DNA from: Torpedo marmorata
Lineage: Eukaryota
Assembly (NCBI GenBank): GCA_977017645.1
Contig: OZ360222.1
Location: 206,956,001-207,020,000, forward strand
DNA length: 64,000 bases
Reading direction: 5' to 3'
Shown in pieces: positions 61,830 through 64,000 of this stretch. A program made the translations under genes and the position numbers. Positions within the stretch are counted from its first letter, which is position 1. Every line of letters starts with the position of its first letter. Below the pieces are notes generated by a model that saw only the letters and a program-made list of their open reading frames with translations, had not been told where the DNA came from and did not search any database.

Positions 61830-61900
61830 GAGAAGGTACAGAAGCCTGAAGACTTGGTTCAAGAACAGTTTTTTCCCCAATGGCTATTAGGCTCTTGAGG
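61830..61900 (+). mobile_element. Short Rex1-like 3' coding remnant
   Basis: agaaggtacagaagcctgaagac...ttcaagaacagttttttcccc (RRYRSLK...FKNSFFP). Confidence 0.5.
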
Positions 61901-61914
61901 CTCTTACTACTCTG

Positions 61915-62560
61915 GCACCAGAAATAGGACTGTTTGCACGTTTAAAACACATCGGAGAGACTGGGCGCAGACTGGGAGATTGCTTCGTTGAGCACCTCGG
62001 CTCTGTCCACCGCAATAGTGTGGATCTCGCAGTGGCCACCCATTTCAATTCCCAGTCCCATTCCCTTGCCGACATGTCTGTCCATGGTCTCATGCACTAC
62101 CAGACTGAGACCACCCGCCATTTGGAGGAACAACACCTCATCTTCTGTCTGGGCACCATCCAACCGGGTGGCATTAACATCAACTTATTCGGTTTCCGTT
62201 AACCACCCCCCCCCCCCACCTATCTTCGTCCCCCTGTCTCCTTTCCTCCAGCTCTGTCTCTATCTCTCTCTTCCCTTTTCCCTCTGTCTCCTTTCACAGA
62301 GCCAAAATCAATTCTCACCTTTCCTCTTATCATATTCAATTAACACTTTTTGTTGGTCTGGACTCCTCCCCCTGCCATTCTTCCCCCTTAATTTCTAGTC
62401 TTTAATTATGATTTTTGCTTATACCTTGAGGAAGGGCTCAGGCCGAAAACTTCAGTAATATACCTTTACCTCCTATGGACGCTGCGAGACCGGCTGAGTT
62501 CCTCCAGCATTTCTGTGTGTTTTTACTACAATCTCAGTATCTGCAGACTTTTGAGTTTCA
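61915..62560 (+). mobile_element. Penelope-like element 3' end: GIY-YIG endonuclease remnant plus pLTR with hammerhead-like motif
   Basis: HIGETGRRLGDCFVEHL...VATHFNSQSHS...LEEQHLIFCLGTIQPGGINI*; then ttgaggaagggctcaggccgaaa and ggacgctgcgagaccggctgagttcctccagca. Confidence 0.88.
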
Positions 62561-64000
62561 CTCCTGAGTCTTTTGCACAGGAGTGCACAACTACTAAAGT
62601 GAAGCGGCAATTTTGGCAATGCTCGCTGACCATTTGATAGCTTCCAGCTACTGCCCAGCATCCAGTAGTCCAACTGCTGCAACTTGGAAATAAGTGTTTA
62701 TTCTTCTGTGATTGAATCTTAGAATATGTGTTTGGTTTCTGATCTGCATTCACTGTAAAGCACAGTTGTGAGTGAAAGGGTTATTTTGTGCACAGTGCGA
62801 TTAACTCTAATCCTGTATTAACCTATTTGATCAAAGTAAGGTAAAAAGGGAGCCTTTGTAATTAGGGCTAAGCACCTGGAGTCATGAGATAATCCTCAGT
62901 GTATGACTGTCTTGCACACACTCTTAGATTGGGTAGATCTTTGTTAATAGTGAGTGTATTAGGCATTTACCTTATCTCTGATTTGGGTCATTCTGTCAGT
63001 CTTTGAAGTCAACAGCAGTACAACTCCCTAATTAGTGTAAAGAGATCAGTTATTCTCTGCCGATTGCTGTCCGCCATGGAATATTCCAGATAAGGCTATC
63101 AGTATTTCCTACCATTCTGATTTTCTTTAAATAGAGGTTTCAGCTTGAAGGCTTTTCTCTGCATGAAAGAGCTCCCTTTAAATTATTTTCAATTTTTGAA
63201 GTATTTTTCTATGTGATTGTTCATGAAGACACTCTTTATACAACCCAGGGAGAACTGCGTCCTACTTTGGGAAAGAATATTTTACGGCAAATAAAACATT
63301 AATCTGACCCTGGTTTTCATGCCACATGCATATTTAATGCGGGTGAGATTACCTATTTCCATGTTATGAATTCTATCTGATTTAATTCAATATCTAAGAA
63401 TTACAGTGTCCATTCTGCAGGAAAGATGCATGTGTCATTAACTTGACTGCTGAATACCTGTTCAAGATGCTAAACAAATTCACACTGACTCACCAGCAGT
63501 GCAGCTTGTCTGCTTTCAAATACTCAGCTGGTTTGCTGCAGGTGATATTCCGTTCACTCAATTTACACCATATGGTTACAGCAGGGTTGATGGAGATACT
63601 CATCAGCCATAGAGTGGTAGAATTACTTGCCTTATGCGTAACATGTAATATCTAGGTTCTGCTGCTATCACTGCTGTTTCTGCATATTTTCAACGGTGGC
63701 TTTATGTATAAAAATGAAAAATTAACTATTATTGACCACCTTTTCATCACGGCCAGACTGATTTATTCTCATCTCATGGGCTTCTGTGTGCATTCAGCTA
63801 GAGCATGTTCTGTGCTTGAACATAATTTGAATGTGCAATCGACATAGGTCAGAGCAGCTGAAATGTGAACAGTGCCTGATGTCTCACACATAACTCGAAA
63901 TGAACCAGTGGTAGCTGTTTGTTAAAAGTAGAGGTTCACTGGGATTCTCTCAGCAGCATAGTGCTGTGTTCCCAAGCACAGCTGGGGTAACCTAAACTGA

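Overview
A 64-kb AT-rich (roughly 40% GC) vertebrate region that is gene-poor or intronic. The repeat content points to a cartilaginous fish, probably a batoid: HE1-like tRNA SINEs, CR1, Rex1/Babar, L1 and L2 LINEs, and Penelope-like elements with minimal hammerhead motifs. No intact host gene was recognised. Mobile elements include a full-length but decayed Ty3/Gypsy LTR retrotransposon (48006-52152), a near full-length Rex1/Babar LINE (about 52340-55420), several truncated LINEs, Tc1/mariner-superfamily MITEs, two PIF/Harbinger-like elements and a Chapaev3 deletion derivative. Four observations stand out. (1) The Gypsy element has no tRNA primer-binding site; its PBS is an 18/18 complement of its own LTR, consistent with self-priming, and this pairing also covers a candidate poly(A) signal. 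(2) A complete ENTPD (NTPDase/CD39-family) exon with both splice sites lies in GC-rich cargo ending in a Harbinger-type TIR, a Pack-TIR-like exon capture. (3) An unidentified 843-bp polyadenylated, CpG-rich, inverted-repeat-containing sequence is retroposed into a CR1 with a 14-bp TSD. (4) An L1 fragment is flanked by a duplication of about 300 bp. All calls were made by eye, with no database searches.
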